Shown: in pieces, positions 11,550 through 22,702 of the stretch
Layout of the letters: each line of letters begins with the position of its first letter
Position numbering within the stretch: position 1 is the stretch's first letter
Assembly: GCF_016433145.1 (NCBI RefSeq)
Contig: NC_058130.1
Span: 149,589,596 to 149,653,595, forward strand
Source: Gracilinanus agilis
Taxonomy: Eukaryota
Direction: 5' to 3'
Length of the DNA: 64,000 nt
Notes under the pieces: generated by a model
Told to the model about the DNA's origin: nothing
Seen by the model: the letters and a program-made list of their open reading frames with translations, nothing else
Databases searched by the model: none
Translations under genes and position numbers: made by a program

Positions 11550-13160
11550 AAGAAATCCCCCAAAATAAAGTCTGAAAGTTTGGGGTATGACTGAAATATG
11601 AGTGAATAACAGTAAACAATTGGATTATAGTTTACCTTTCCTCATTTCATATATCATCCCTTCACATAATCCATGTTTGAATCAAACTGGTGACTAATAT
11701 ATGCTCAATCTCATTATTCCATTTCAAAACTCAATACACTAAAGCAAGACAATCAGTCCATCAACTAGCATTTATTGAGCATCTGCACTGAGTCATGCAC
11801 CATGCTATTCTTGGGTTGTAGTCTTCCTCACTACTTGAAATTCTCTTTTTCTCAGAACTAACTCAGGTACCAACTCTATGAAGTAATCTAATAAAAATAT
11901 TCTTTCCCTTTTCAAAGTTTTCCAAAGTCTTTTGCTTCCATTTTATTCAATCATACAATAACAAATAGCTCTGTATACCTCTTATGCAATCCCTACAATA
12001 GGATCATAAATTTAGGCCTTCAGGAGATCTTAGAAATCATATAGTCCCACTCCTTCATTTTAGATATGAGGAATCTGAGATGAGGAAGTAATTTACTAAA
12101 GGTAGTAATGGTAGAACTAGGATCTGAATTTTTGGCCTTTGATTACAAATCTGGCACTCTCTCCATTTCATATCAAACTGGAAATTCCTACAAAACAGGA
12201 ATTCTTTAACTATTTTCATCTTTGTATCTCCTTACTGTCATTACTCACAACTCTCAGCAGCATTTTATATTTTCTTTTCTTTTTCATCTGAATATCCACC
12301 TTGCTACGGGTGCAACTTAGTATAATCTAGTATTAATCATATTTCTATCAACAATGTCAATAATAACAAAACTTGTATCTTCTCAGGAATAATGTTATGC
12401 AGTATTTTTATGGAAAGTAGAGATTTGAGATAATTATTCAGATATCTTGCTTGGTAAATTCTTTTACCTGATATTTCAGCTAACTTGTGTACTGTAGATT
12501 ATGCCTTCTTCACCTATGCATCTAGATGTAGAATTTGCAATAGAAGTGGATTTAAGGGGACAAAATCATGGGATTGAAGGTCATATAGAACTAAACTAAA
12601 CCACAAATTTCAAGTAATTTAGCACTTTCATTTTATAAATGAGTAAATTGAGACCTATCAAGGATACATGACTTGCCCAAGGGTAACTTAACCTTAAGAG
12701 GCACTTAGAAATGAGGTTCTCTGACTCCAAAGGCAATATTATTTTCAGTATATTACTCCCACATTTTGAGTTTGAGAAGATTATAGGACATTTTGGTGGG
12801 GATGTTTAGCAGGCTATTTATAACATTTATAAAGCTTTCCTTAACTCATTACCTCTTATTTTCCATATTACAGATTCAAGATATAAAAAATAATGGTTAC
12901 CCAACCCATACAGTCAATTCAATAGCTTAGTGATTATTAAGACAGAATACGTTAGTCATAAAATTTTGCTTCTTTGTAAGTAATCTCCTTTGCTTGCATA
13001 TCAACAGCTTCTTTCTCCAGAGACTACTTTGGAATATCAGAAACTCATAATAATCTGAGTCTGTAATAAGACTAAATTTTTTCTAGATAATTTATTTCAC
13101 TCTTTGCTAGGCATAAAAACACTTTTAAGGTGATCAGAGAAACTCAAAACTTTAATTTAC

Positions 13161-13660
13161 CTTTAGGCACAGGCTATTTTCTTCTTTTTGTCTGTGGTGA
13201 CTTGATTTCTAACGCATCTTAGCCCAGGTATGTTAGAATCCTAACAGAGTGCAGTTTCTCTTCCTGAAATGCTTCATGAAATGATCAAACACAAGATTGT
13301 CAGGAATATCAGTAGTAATGACCTATTCTTTTTGCGTGAAGATTCTCCATTTGCACTGAGAAGATTTTTTTTCTCTCTTCACCAGAGCAGAATGAGAAAC
13401 AGCATGGTCAGACCTAGGTTAAGCTTTATGACATGGTAAAGAAGTCATGCATGAGACTATTAAGCAAAAATCCTGGAAAATTTAACTGTGTAACTCTAAC
13501 TCTTCCACAGTCCTAAAACTGGGACTAAACTCTGGAGGAACAAGGCTGTTGTAGGAAAATAATTTAATACTTCTTTCTCAGGAACTACTCTATCCCTTAG
13601 ACAATTTTAATCTGTGACTCAGGAATTTCCATATCCCCCGAGAAATATTGGCACTAACTT
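13161..13660 (-). promoter_or_regulatory. Predicted promoter/first exon of the OR at 8341-9282 (paralog about 35161-35640)
   Basis: Cluster of O/E-like motifs (tcccccgaga, tcccttaga, ttctcaggaa) followed by a donor aag|GTAAAT at 13161/13160 that is conserved in both units; prediction only. Confidence 0.35.
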
Positions 13661-14370
13661 TTGCACATTACACACACCCAATTATCTCAACTTGGCTTTT
13701 GTTTTCTTTTTTTTTTTAATTTTTCAGCAACAATCTTTCCCAGTTCTGGGTTTTTGGAAATATTTCATTTGACTATAATGCTCTTTACTTATAGAACACT
13801 TCTGAAAGATGTCAGAAACCTGAGATATGAAGAATTCCTTTGTTATTAGAAGTATTACCTATCTTTACACTAAAAGACTTGCCCAGAGGAATATGTTACT
13901 CTAAATTTGGACAAAGTAAGTAGAAAGTTCAGGTTTGTGGAACTGAAATTGAAAATCTGGAAATGCTGGATTTTTGTTCTGAGGCTAAGTGGCAAGCAGA
14001 AAGCAGCAGCAAAGAAATTCCCTGTCAGGAATTTGTTCATAAATTTGAAGCCCAATAAAATGACTTGAGGCACAGAGAATGTAAATGAATTGCCTAGTGT
14101 CACAAAGCCTGTATGGGCCAGAAATGAGATTTGGATCCAAGTCTTTTAGTCACTAATGACAACACCTTATCCATTATACCACATTGCTTCTCATAAACAG
14201 TCATAATGATGCCCATATGAATATCTCCAGTCTGGATTACTGAACAGAGTTGTAATCAATGGAATTTGCTTTGCCTTTGGATAGCCAGAATCTACATTTG
14301 GATTACACCTCTCTCACTTGCAACCTGAATAACCCTGTTGTAAGTTGTAAAATATTAAAGAGTTAGACTA

Positions 14371-17300
14371 CTTCCGGTTTAAAATGGTGGTAGAGTAGAA
14401 GCAGCTGCTTAACCTCACCTAACCCACACAGATAGGACTCCTCAAGAGGACAAAAAAAATAAATCCAGATGAACAAAGGGACCCCACAACAGGGCGCAGC
14501 ATTGAGGGTATATGGAATCGGGGCACTTCCATGCTATAAGGGGGTGAAATAGCTCTCACTAAAAAGCAAACTGAGCAACCCCCTTCCCCCAAACTGCCTA
14601 CAGTGCTGAAGCCAGTGCACAAGAATCAGAACAAGTTTGGGGCATTCATTAAGTTCTTGGCAGCTACCTGGGATCACCAGGGCCTACTCCTGAGAGCAGC
14701 AAGACTTAAGACCCAAAGAGGCTAAAGAACCGGACTTTGAACACAGACCTTGAGCACCGGTGCAAACATTGAGAGCATGCATAGGCGAGGACACAGACCT
14801 TGAGCTCAGGCACAGACCTTGGGTGGGGACCCAGTGCAGAGAAGTGCATGACTATGGAAGCAGTTCCCTGAAACTGTTAAAGGAGCTTCAGGCAGAGGAG
14901 CAAGCAAGGGGACCATGAGGAGGGTTGACCCTGAGAACAACTAGACTTGAGACTTCAGAAGTCTAAAGAGCACAGACCTACGCTGGGAGTGAAGATAAAG
15001 CTAAGAGGGTTCACAGAGCTGTGACTCAGACAAAAACTGCTACAAAGCTCTATAGGATAGGCAGAAAGCCTGTCTGCCTCACCCAGACTTCTGACTGAGA
15101 AAGAAATAATAATAATGGCAACTCAGGCACAAGAACCTCAAAAGAGAAAGATCAAGAAGAAATCTTTAACACTCGACAACTTTTACAGAGAAAAAAATAC
15201 AGATAACAGAGCAAACAGCAGAGAATAATAAACAAGTAACTACATCCAAACCTTCTCAAAAAATGAAAATTGGTCACAAGCTCTTGAAGAGTTCAAATCT
15301 GAGATCATGAGAAAGATGGAAGAGATTTGGCGAGAGAAGTGGGAAATAGCTCAAAAGGAAATTAACAGGTTAAAAGACAGAAATTCCCAATTGGAGAAAG
15401 ATGCCCCCAAATCAAAAGAATTGATAAGCAAATTGGAGACCAAAATCAAACAGCTGGAAAACAGGATAGATCAAACGAAAAGGAAAATCAAAAAGTTATA
15501 TCAGAAAACCAGTCTCTAAAGACCAGAATTGGGCAAGTAGAAGCCAATGATTTCTCAAGATAGCAAGAACAAATAAAACAAAGTCAAAAGACTGATAAAA
15601 TAGAAAGAAATATGAAATATCTCACTGAGAAATTGATAGATCAAGAAAACAGATCTGGGAGAGACAATTTGAAAATCATTGGTCTTCCTGAAAAAGCAGA
15701 AATTAATAGAAATTTGGACTCCATAATACAAGAATTTATACAACGAAACTGCCTGAAATTCTTCAACAAGAGGGCAATATAGATATTGAAAGGATCAATA
15801 GATCACCCTCTAAACCCTCAAAAGACAACCCGCAGGAATAAAATAGCCAAATTCAAGAGCTTCCAAGTAAAAGAAAAAAATTTTACAAGAAGCCAGAAAG
15901 AGACAATTCAGATATCAAGGAGCACCAATCAGGATCACACAGGATCTGGCAGCCTTCACACTACAAGACTGCAAGGCTTGGAATATGATATTCAGAAAGG
16001 CAAGAGAACTGGGTCTACAACCAAGGATCACCTACACATCACAACTGACTATATACTTCCAGGGGAAATTATGGGCATTCAATAAGATAGAAGATTTCTA
16101 AGTATTTGCACAGAAAATACCAGGACTAAATGGAAAGTTTGATATCCAAACACAAAAACCAAGAGAAACATGAAAAGATAAATAAAAAACGGAGAGGAAA
16201 GAAAGAAAACTATTATTTTTAAATCTTCCCTTTTAAGGGCTTCACTAAGATTAAATTATTTGTATTCCTATATGGAGAAATGTTGTGTATAATTTTCAAA
16301 AACTGTATTCACTATTATAGTAATTAGAAGAATTATTCATAGGGAGAGGTTGGAATACTACATAGTCTAAGATGATATGGGGGGTTGGAAATAGGTGGGG
16401 TGAATAGTAGATGACACCAAGAGAAACTTGAATGAATAAGAAAAATAGGATATTCTATGCCACACAAAGAGGGCATAGGAAGAGGAGGGGATGAATAATA
16501 TTATAAGGAGAGGAAGAGAGCATTTATAGGTAATATTTAAACCTTACTCTCAGAGGAATTAACCCTGAGAGGGAAGAGTAGCTATATCCATTGGGATATA
16601 GAATTCTATCAAACCCTACTGAGAAAGTCAGAAGGGATAAACCAAGGGAAGCAGAGGAGTGGGGAGGTCAAAAAAGGGAGGGGAGGAGAGGGGGAAGGGA
16701 ATTTATTAGGCCTTAAAAAATAAAAAGAGAGGAATAATAAGGGAGGGGGTAGAAAGGGAAGTAAATCAAGGGGGGGGGAGACAAGGGGGACTGGTTTAAA
16801 ACAAACCACTGGCTTAAAAGGGAATAGCGTAAGAAGAAGGGGTAGAACTTGGAGAGGATACAAAAATGTCAGCGAATACACAACTGATAATTATAACTCT
16901 GAATGTGAATGGGATAAAAAGGAAGCAAATAGCAGAGTGGATTAGAAACAAAAATCTTACCATACGTTGTCTACAAGAAACACATATGAGGCAGGTGGAC
17001 ATATACAGGTTTAAGGTCAAGGTCTGGAGCAAAATCTTTTGGGATTCAAATGAGAAAAAGAAGGCAGGAGTGGCAATCATGATATCTGACAAAGCCAAAG
17101 TAAAAATAGATAAGATTAGAGTCAGGGAAGGTAATTACTTTCTGATAAAAGGCAGTATAGACAATGAGGAAATAACAGTACTCAACATGTATGCACCAAA
17201 TGGTATAGCATCCAAATTCCTAAAGGAGAAACTAGCTGAGCTCAAGAAGGAAATAGATAGTAAAACTATACTAGTATGAGATCTAAATATTTCTCTTTCA

Positions 17301-18491
17301 GATCTAGATAAATCAAACCAAAAAATAAATAAGGAAGAGATAAGAGAGGTGAATGAAATCCTAGAAAAATTAGATTTAATATGTATGTGGAGAAAAATAA
17401 ATAGGGACAAAAAGGAATACACCTTCTTTTCAGCTGCACATGGTACATTCACAAAGATTGACCATGTAATAAGGTATAGAAACATTGCAAACAAATGCAA
17501 AAGAGCAGAAATAATAAATGTAACCTTTTCAGATCATAATGCAATAAAAATAATAATTAGTAAGGGCACATGGGCAGGCAAATAAAAAACTAAGTGGAAA
17601 TTAAATAATATAATTCTCCAAAACCAGTTAGTTAAAGAAGAAATCATAGAAACAATCAATAATTTCATTGAAGAGAACGACAATGATGAGACATCCTACC
17701 AAACTTTGTGGGATGCAGCTAAGGCAGTACTCAGGGGGCAGGGGAGAATGTATATCCTTGAGTGCATGTATTAACAAAATAGAGAGGGCAAAGATCAATG
17801 AAATGGCCATGCAAATTAAAAAACTAGAAAGGGAACAAATTAAAAATCCCCAGCTAAAGACCAAATTAGAGATTATAAAAATTAAAGGAGAAATCAATAA
17901 AACTGAAAGTAAAAAAAAAAACAAAACTATTGAATTAATAAATAAGACTAGAAGCTGGTACTTTGAAAAAACAAAGAAAATTGACAAATTGATAACTGGT
18001 CAATCTAATTAAAAAAAGGAAAGAAGAAAACCAAATCATCAGTATCAAAGATGAAAAGGAAGACCTCACCTCTAATGAAGAGCAAATCAAGGTAATCATT
18101 TAAAAAGTATTTTGCCCAATTATATGGCAATAAATATAGCAACTTAGGTGAGATGGATGAATATTTATAAAAATATAAATTGCCTAGATTAACAGTAGAA
18201 GAAATAGAATACTTAAATAATCCCATTTCAGAAAAAAAAATTGAATAAGCCATTAAAGAACTCCCTAAGAAAAAATCCCCAGGACCAGATGGGTTCACAA
18301 GTGAATTCTATCAAACATTCAAAGAACAACTAATTCCAAAACTATATGAACTATTTGACATAATAATCAAAGAAAAGATTCTACCAAACTCCTTTTATGA
18401 TACAAATATGGTACTGATCCCAAAGCCAGGTAGATCAAAAACAGAGAAAGAAAACTACAGACCAATCTCCTTAATGAACATAGATGCAAAA
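14371..18491 (+). mobile_element. L1 LINE, 5'-intact and 3'-truncated: 5'UTR, decayed ORF1 (about 15115-16170), inter-ORF, ORF2 endonuclease to start of RT (from 16866)
   Basis: cttccgg...aaaatgg start; ORF1 RRDNLKIIGLPE-type motif; ORF2 [33 protein letters not shown] and [11 protein letters not shown]; many stops and frameshifts. Confidence 0.95.
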
Positions 18492-18583
18492 CATAGGAGC
18501 AAGCATGGGGACCCTAATTAACTTTTAATATCATGCTTTATGTCTAAATCATACATCCATGTTGACCTTATCTTGGTATAGGG

Positions 18584-18808
18584 CAGAGGTTGGCAACGTA
18601 TGGCTCTCGAGCCATACCTGGCTCTTTTGAGGGCCAGATATGGCTTTTTCTGCAGGAGCCATAAAGTCAATTTTTTTTCAGGTGCTGTTACAGGAGCTTA
18701 CACTGTTACAGGAGCACTCACTGTGATCACTATACGGCTCTCACGAAATTATATTTTAAAAAATGTGGTGTTTATGGCTCTCACCGCCAAAAAGGTTGCC
18801 GACCCTTG
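18584..18808. mobile_element. Non-autonomous hAT MITE, 225 bp, inside an inverted L1 fragment
   Basis: TIRs cagaggttggcaac / gttgccgacccttg; perfect 8-bp TSD gtataggg (18576-18583, 18809-18816); empty site near 43920. Confidence 0.9.
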
Positions 18809-19249
18809 GTATAGGGTATGGGATGTAAATCTAAATCTAATTTTTGCCATACTGTTTCCCAATTTTCCTAGCAGTTTTTGTCAAATAGTGAGTTCTGATC
18901 AAAAAAGCTGGGATCTTTGGGTTCATCAAACATTATATTGCTGAAGTCATATATTCCTTCTTTATTCCATTGATTCACTCTTGTATTTCTTAACCGGTAC
19001 CATATTATTTTGATGAATACTGCTTCCTAGTACAATTTAAGATCTTGTACTTTTAGGCCATCTAAAGTTAGGCAGGGACTGCTTTTTGCCTTTCATTCTA
19101 TTGCTGGGGCTAAGCATAATGCCTAGAACAGTGCATTTAAGAAATTTTCATTGATTGATAATTTGTGGATTATTTTTTCTTGTAGATAGACTATACACAG
19201 TGAGAATCCCCCATTAACTGATAAAAGCATATATTTAGAACCAAAAAAA

Positions 19250-19875
19250 CCCAAAAAATCATAATTAAAGGTGTTTATACAAAATTATTTATAGCTGTGC
19301 TTTTTGTGATAGCAAAATAATTGGAAAATGAGGGGATGTCCCTCAATGGGAGAATGGCTGAACAAATTGCGTTATCTGCTGGTAAAGGAATGCTATTGTG
19401 CAATAAGGAATAAGGAAGTGGATGAATTCCATGTGAAGTAGAAAGACCTTCACAAATTGATGTGGAGTGAAATGAGCAGAACCAGGAGAACATTGCACAA
19501 AGTAACTGAAACATTATGGGACAATCAAATGTAATCAACTTTGTTACTGATAGCAATGCAATGATCCAAGACAATCCTGAGGGAATTATGAAAAAGAATG
19601 CTATCCACCCTGAGAGAAAGAACTGTGGGAGTAGAAATGCAGAAGGAAAACATTTGATTTTTCACTTATTTACATGGGTATTGAATGTGGGGATTTTGGT
19701 TTTTAAAAGATTATTATAAAAATGAATAATATGGAAATAAGTAATGAATGATAATACATATATAACCAAGAGCAATTGCTTGTCATCTCTGGAAGGAAGG
19801 AGGGAAAAAGGGGAGGGAAAGAACATGAATCATGGAAACATGGAAAAATGCTTAAATAAAAAAAAATTTTAAATT
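19250..19875 (+). mobile_element. L1 3' end (ORF2 C-terminus, 3'UTR, A-tail); paralog 44350-45010
   Basis: tgtggagtgaaatgagcagaaccaggagaacattg... ending cttaaataaaaaaaa. Confidence 0.8.
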
Positions 19876-20099
19876 CTAAGAATGAATGATAGAGCTCAGA
19901 GAAGCAAAAAGAAATGTATGCCCTAGTTTTGTTGATATCTTAAAATTTTTTATTTATGTTAACACATTTTATTTTACATTTACTTTGGTTTAGAATACAT
20001 TCTATCTGTGCTGTTACTTTCTCCTAAAATACTCTAGGTCTTAGCATCTCTCATGCCTTTATGCTTTAGTGACATTTTAACTTTCAATATATGTTATAT

Positions 20100-21165
20100 A
20101 AGGGTGGAGTCAAGATGGCCACTTTGACACAGCAAAAGTCCAGGCCTCTGAGAAAACCCTTCCATACCAATCAAAAACAAAGTGCTTCAAGGGGACAGAA
20201 AACCAAATCTAACAATAGAACAGAGTTGGGGGACCCTCCTGCCGGATCCAACTTAAAATGTATTCTCCAAAATCCTGAATTTTCAAATTTAAGGAAAAGG
20301 AAGAAGGAAGTTCCCAGGACCCTCCCCCACCTACTGTGTTGATCCTCTGGCTGTAGCTGCAATCATGGGGTGAGGGCTCCAGCCCAGAGGGAATGCCTTA
20401 CTGCCACAACTGGGCCAGGCTCAAGTTGCTGACCTCAGCCTACAGGGAGGTAGCTGGAGGAGAAGCGTGGAGGGGAAGAGTAATGAATGCTGGAGGGGAT
20501 GTGGCAAAACTGGGACATTAATGCATTGCCGGTGGAGTTGTGAACTGATCCAACCATTCTGGCTGGCAATTTGGAACTATGCTCAAAGGGCTATAAAAGA
20601 ATGCCTGCCCATTGATCCAGCCATACCATGGTTGGGTTCGTACCCCAAAGAGATCATAGAGAAACAGACTTGTACGAAAATATTTATAGCCTTGCTTTTT
20701 TGTGGTGGCAAAAAACTGGAAAATGAGGTTATGCCCTTCAATTGGGGAATGGCTGAACAAATTGTGGTATATGCTGGTGATAGAATACTATTGTGCCCAA
20801 AGGAATAATAAACTGGAGGAATTCCAGGTGAACTGGAAAGACCTCCAGGAATTGATACAGAGTGAAAGGAGCAGAGCCAGAAGAACATTGTACACAGAGA
20901 TCAATACACTGTGGTAAAATAGAATGTAATGGACTTCTGTACTAGCAGCAATGCAATGACCCAGGACAATTCTGAGGGACTTATGGAAAAGAACACTACC
21001 CACATTCAGAGGAAAAACTATAGGAGTGGAAACAGAAGAAAAACAACTGCTTGAACACATGGTTTGAGGCAGACATGATTGGGGATGTAGACTTGAAACT
21101 GCCACACCAATGCAACTATCAACAATATGGAAATAGGTCTTGATCAATGACACATGTCAAAACCA
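20100..21165 (+). mobile_element. Internally deleted L1: 5'UTR (20100-20466) fused to ORF2 C-terminus/3'UTR (20467-21165)
   Basis: 5'UTR matches 45235-45607, then jumps at ggagggga to aatgaatgctggaggggatgtggc (NECWRGCGK...HCRWSCELIQPFW). Confidence 0.85.
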
Positions 21166-21563
21166 CCCCTTTCCACCCTCTTCTTCTTCTCCTGCCCACT
21201 TCCCAGATCCCTCCTGGGTCCTGGGAAACCTAGATAACTAAGATGATTGATTTCCTAGTATCTAGGGGCAGTAGAATCAGAGATGATGGTCTGGGTACAG
21301 GTTGATGATGTTATAGGAACAAACAGGAGGATCTTGCAAGGTTGAGTCTGCAAGTCTCAATCCCACAAAAGACCAAGATCCACTGATCTCAGGTCTCAGG
21401 GAAAGAAAGGACCCCCTGCCAGGGCTGCCAGGGTGTTTTATACCCCCTTGGGCCAACTTCCCTCTCCTGTGTTCTCACACCCCTCTGGAACATTCCAACA
21501 TCCAACAGATCCACCTATCAATCAACCGTGAGGACTCCTGGCTCCCAGAGATTCAATATAACA
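21165..21563 (+). mobile_element. 3' portion of a solo LTR of the TGTTATA...TATAACA family
   Basis: Homologous to about 41810-42192; ends caatataaca; 5' part missing. Confidence 0.7.
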
Positions 21564-22605
21564 GTAGTAGCTGGTTGAAATCAAGGATAGGCACTTTGGA
21601 TAAGGGTTTGTGAATTCCTAAGGCAATATAGTGAATGAAGAAGGTACAATGATGAAGGTTGGTAGTTAAGGTGGTAGGAGAAATAAGGGAATATCTGACT
21701 TTAGGGAGTATAACACTGAGGTAACAAGGGTTGCAAGGGAGAGGATGAGTTAATCTAAGGCAGGCAACAGCAGCAGGGAAATACAGACTGGGACTCAGGT
21801 TAGAGACAAAACACTGAAGGGAAATAAACTGAGCCCTTCAAGCAAAGGACACTTTACAGAGCCAGGTCAGAGCCAGCCAAGACTGGCTTGAAATTGACTT
21901 GAGGCTTTAGTCAGTTTCACAGGAAGGGACTAGAATTGAAGTTACACTTTCTTCAAAATGGATACCCTCAGCTTCCCTCAAACTCCAGAGAGTATGTTAT
22001 TCCTCTCTCTCCTCCTCCCTCTCTTATTAATCAACTAATGAAGTAATCAAAAGGTTTTGATTAAATACAAACGGGGTTTATTGTCTTCTAGGTAGATTGG
22101 CAGGATAGAGGATACAAGGTAGCCCTAACAGTTGCTTAGAGAAACTTCAGGTGGGGGAAGGGAGGCAGGAATGTGAGACTGAGAAAGGACCTGCCTTAAC
22201 TCAGCTCTCAGGTGGTTTTGTAATCAATGGGGTTAGGAAAGTTGGATACAATGATTCAATAATTTGTAAATTGTTGCAAGGGTAAGCCCTATTTGACTAT
22301 TTAAAATATCAAGTTTAAACTAACACTCCGAACTACCCTCCTTCCAAACCCTCACAGGAATTTAGGGAGGGGAAATGAAGGGGGAATAGGGTATGGTAGG
22401 GAGATTCAAAGGAATTAGCTAAATTAACAAATCTCCAAAGAAAAGCTGCAAATATAGGCTGGGTTTCAATCTCAAGAAGGAGCTCAGATGGACCCTGGTT
22501 CTCTCCACGAGTTCCCAAGATCAACTGAATTTATCCCAAGATTCTAAACTCCTTATCTGACAGAAGAACTCTGTAAAGTCAGTTATTCCCCCTCTCTTCA
22601 CCACA
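21564..22605 (-). mobile_element. LTR-like element abutting and truncating an OR gene
   Basis: Minus strand begins TGTGGTGAAGAG exactly where OR homology stops; absent from unit A; LTR-like composition; distal end lost. Confidence 0.55.
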
Positions 22606-22702
22606 CTAGGCAGAGAATGTAAAGTGATATCTGGAGACTTGGGTAATGAGAAAGTCCAATCAGAAAAAATTCAGTCACTGCTGTGTAATTCCCTTTGTCC
22701 AT
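22604..22702 (-). pseudogene. N-terminal remnant (33 codons) of the OR13D-like paralog in unit B
   Basis: Translates [33 protein letters not shown] then TGG TGA from the LTR; matches 1595-1691; the rest of the CDS is absent. Confidence 0.9.

Larger units (their letters stand above)
1595..14370. repeat. Tandem segmental duplication, unit A (main block)
   Basis: Colinear with 22604-36356 throughout once unit-specific insertions and deletions are removed. Confidence 0.93.
18512..20466. repeat. Tandem segmental duplication, unit A distal block (paralog of 43852-45607)
   Basis: Same order in both: inverted L1 ORF2 piece, L2-like tail, L1 3' end, AT-rich spacer, L1 5'UTR gggtggagtcaagatggcc. Confidence 0.88.

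Noticed and set aside
14740-14825. Three cacagaccttg repeats with spacers (CRISPR-like look)
   Set aside because: Short degenerate repeats inside the L1 5'UTR; eukaryotic context with no cas genes
16630-16800. G-rich purine tract suggesting G-quadruplex function
   Set aside because: Part of the L1 inter-ORF region; nothing locus-specific
15307-18298. Multiple 60-140 aa ORFs, including a coiled-coil-like one
   Set aside because: Broken pieces of L1 ORF1/ORF2 and their antisense frames
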